Shown: positions 31,147-32,000 of the stretch, piece after piece
How the letters are laid out: each line of letters begins with the position of its first letter
How positions within the stretch are numbered: position 1 is the stretch's first letter
Source of the DNA: Methanocaldococcus jannaschii DSM 2661
Lineage (GTDB): Archaea > AGJL01 > Methanococci > Methanococcales > Methanocaldococcaceae
Assembly (NCBI RefSeq): GCF_000091665.1
Contig: NC_000909.1
Span: 1,222,961-1,254,960, forward strand
Length of the DNA: 32,000 nt
Direction of reading: 5' to 3'
The notes under the pieces: model-generated
The model's database searches: none
Seen by the model: the letters and a program-made list of their open reading frames with translations, nothing else
What the model was told of the DNA's origin: nothing
Program-made: the position numbers and the translations under genes

Positions 31147-31473
31147 TTACCACCTTGTTGTCATATAGATGCAGAATGCAATTGCCCCCAAGAATATGGA
31201 GAGCCAAAACAACTGGTAGTTTATGGCATTTGAGTTCTCTTCCTTAAACTTAAAGATTAAAGGAGACACTGACAGAGAGAAAGCTAATGCAGCTAAACCA
31301 AACAAAGTCATCAAAGTTTTTCCATAAACTCTCCCAATAATCAAAGCTCCAAATATAAACAATAAATAGAGAGTAAATTCTCCAGTATAAACTGCTCCAA
31401 CTGTGATTCCATCCCCATGCTCTTCTTTATCCAACTTTTTTTGAAAGTCATTATAATCCATAAAATCCACCAA
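31147..31473 (-). CDS. Small membrane subunit, probable Ehb hydrogenase component
   Basis: 108 aa, TM segments; lies between the MnhB-like and MrpD/Nuo-like subunits. Confidence 0.5.
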   Translation of the reverse strand: MVDFMDYNDFQKKLDKEEHGDGITVGAVYTGEFTLYLLFIFGALIIGRVYGKTLMTLFGLAALAFSLSVSPLIFKFKEENSNAINYQLFWLSIFLGAIAFCIYMTTRW

Positions 31474-31490
31474 AAATTAAGTTATTTTGT

Positions 31491-32000
31491 CTATTTTAAA
31501 TAATAATTAACCCCTAACTCCTTTGCATAGTCCCAGAGATAGTTTGTTACAATGTCTGGATAGAGACCAATTATTATGCATAGAGCAGTTAATACAAACA
31601 AGCTAAAGACAGCAAGTTTAGGAACTTCCTTGTTTTGATACTCTTTCAGAGTTTCTTCATCAACTGGTTTTAAGTAAATTAAATAGAATGCCTTCATCAT
31701 TGAGACAAACGTCCCTATACTAACAATAATCATTATTATAGCTATTTCTGGCATATTCACTTGCATAGCTGCTTGGGCAAGCATCCACTTACTCTGAAAT
31801 CCGTTAAATGGTGGAATTCCACTAATCGCAAGCTTTGCACATAAAACCATAAATGCCACAGAGGGCATTAGAGGCAATAAACCTCCCAACTTATGCAAAT
31901 TACTTCCTCTCTTACAGCTTACAATATACGCCCCCAAAAACAAGGCAGATTTATAAATAACGTGATTTATAGCGTGGAAGATACCAGCAACAATTCCTAA
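31491..32000 (-). CDS. ehbF: Proton-translocating antiporter-like (NuoL/M/N, MrpD) subunit, EhbF-like; 5' end beyond window
   Basis: The frame is open to the window edge: GIVAGIFHAINHVIYKSALFLGAYIV...LCAKLAISGIPPFNGFQSKWML. Confidence 0.75.
   Translation of the reverse strand, partial: LGIVAGIFHAINHVIYKSALFLGAYIVSCKRGSNLHKLGGLLPLMPSVAFMVLCAKLAISGIPPFNGFQSKWMLAQAAMQVNMPEIAIIMIIVSIGTFVSMMKAFYLIYLKPVDEETLKEYQNKEVPKLAVFSLFVLTALCIIIGLYPDIVTNYLWDYAKELGVNYYLK

Overview
The window is AT-rich archaeal DNA. Gene content (biotin cluster, fumarase, Ehb-type membrane hydrogenase, archaeal pilus secretion cluster) points to a Methanocaldococcus jannaschii-like methanogen; this is recognised from protein sequence and was not searched. 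Left to right: two tandem paralogous unknown genes; a small membrane protein and a large lipoprotein with a duplicated N-terminal domain; mobile-element debris, including a frameshifted, internally deleted IS6-like transposase; a transglutaminase-like secreted protein; a minus-strand type IV pilus/Tad-like cluster (A24 prepilin peptidase, pilin-like proteins, TadC/GspF membrane protein, GspE/TadA ATPase); a divergent secreted Ig/S-layer-like protein; fumarase alpha and a PHP protein; bioB and bioW-F-D-A; an archaeal ATPase; and part of an ehb operon with an embedded HEPN/MNT pair. The strongest unusual signal is a family of small multi-hairpin elements whose stems mostly close on 3-nt loops. 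They lie in frame inside bioB (27 aa), in frame inside the ATPase gene (45 aa, flanked by a 17-bp direct repeat), and after bioA (flanked by a ~62-bp duplication of the bioA 3' end). The bioB and post-bioA copies share a 32-nt core with 30/32 identity, and the two differences are a compensatory base-pair change. The second signal is a set of four single-nucleotide frameshifts in the surface/pilus genes: secretion ATPase, a pilin-like gene, and two in the large surface protein.
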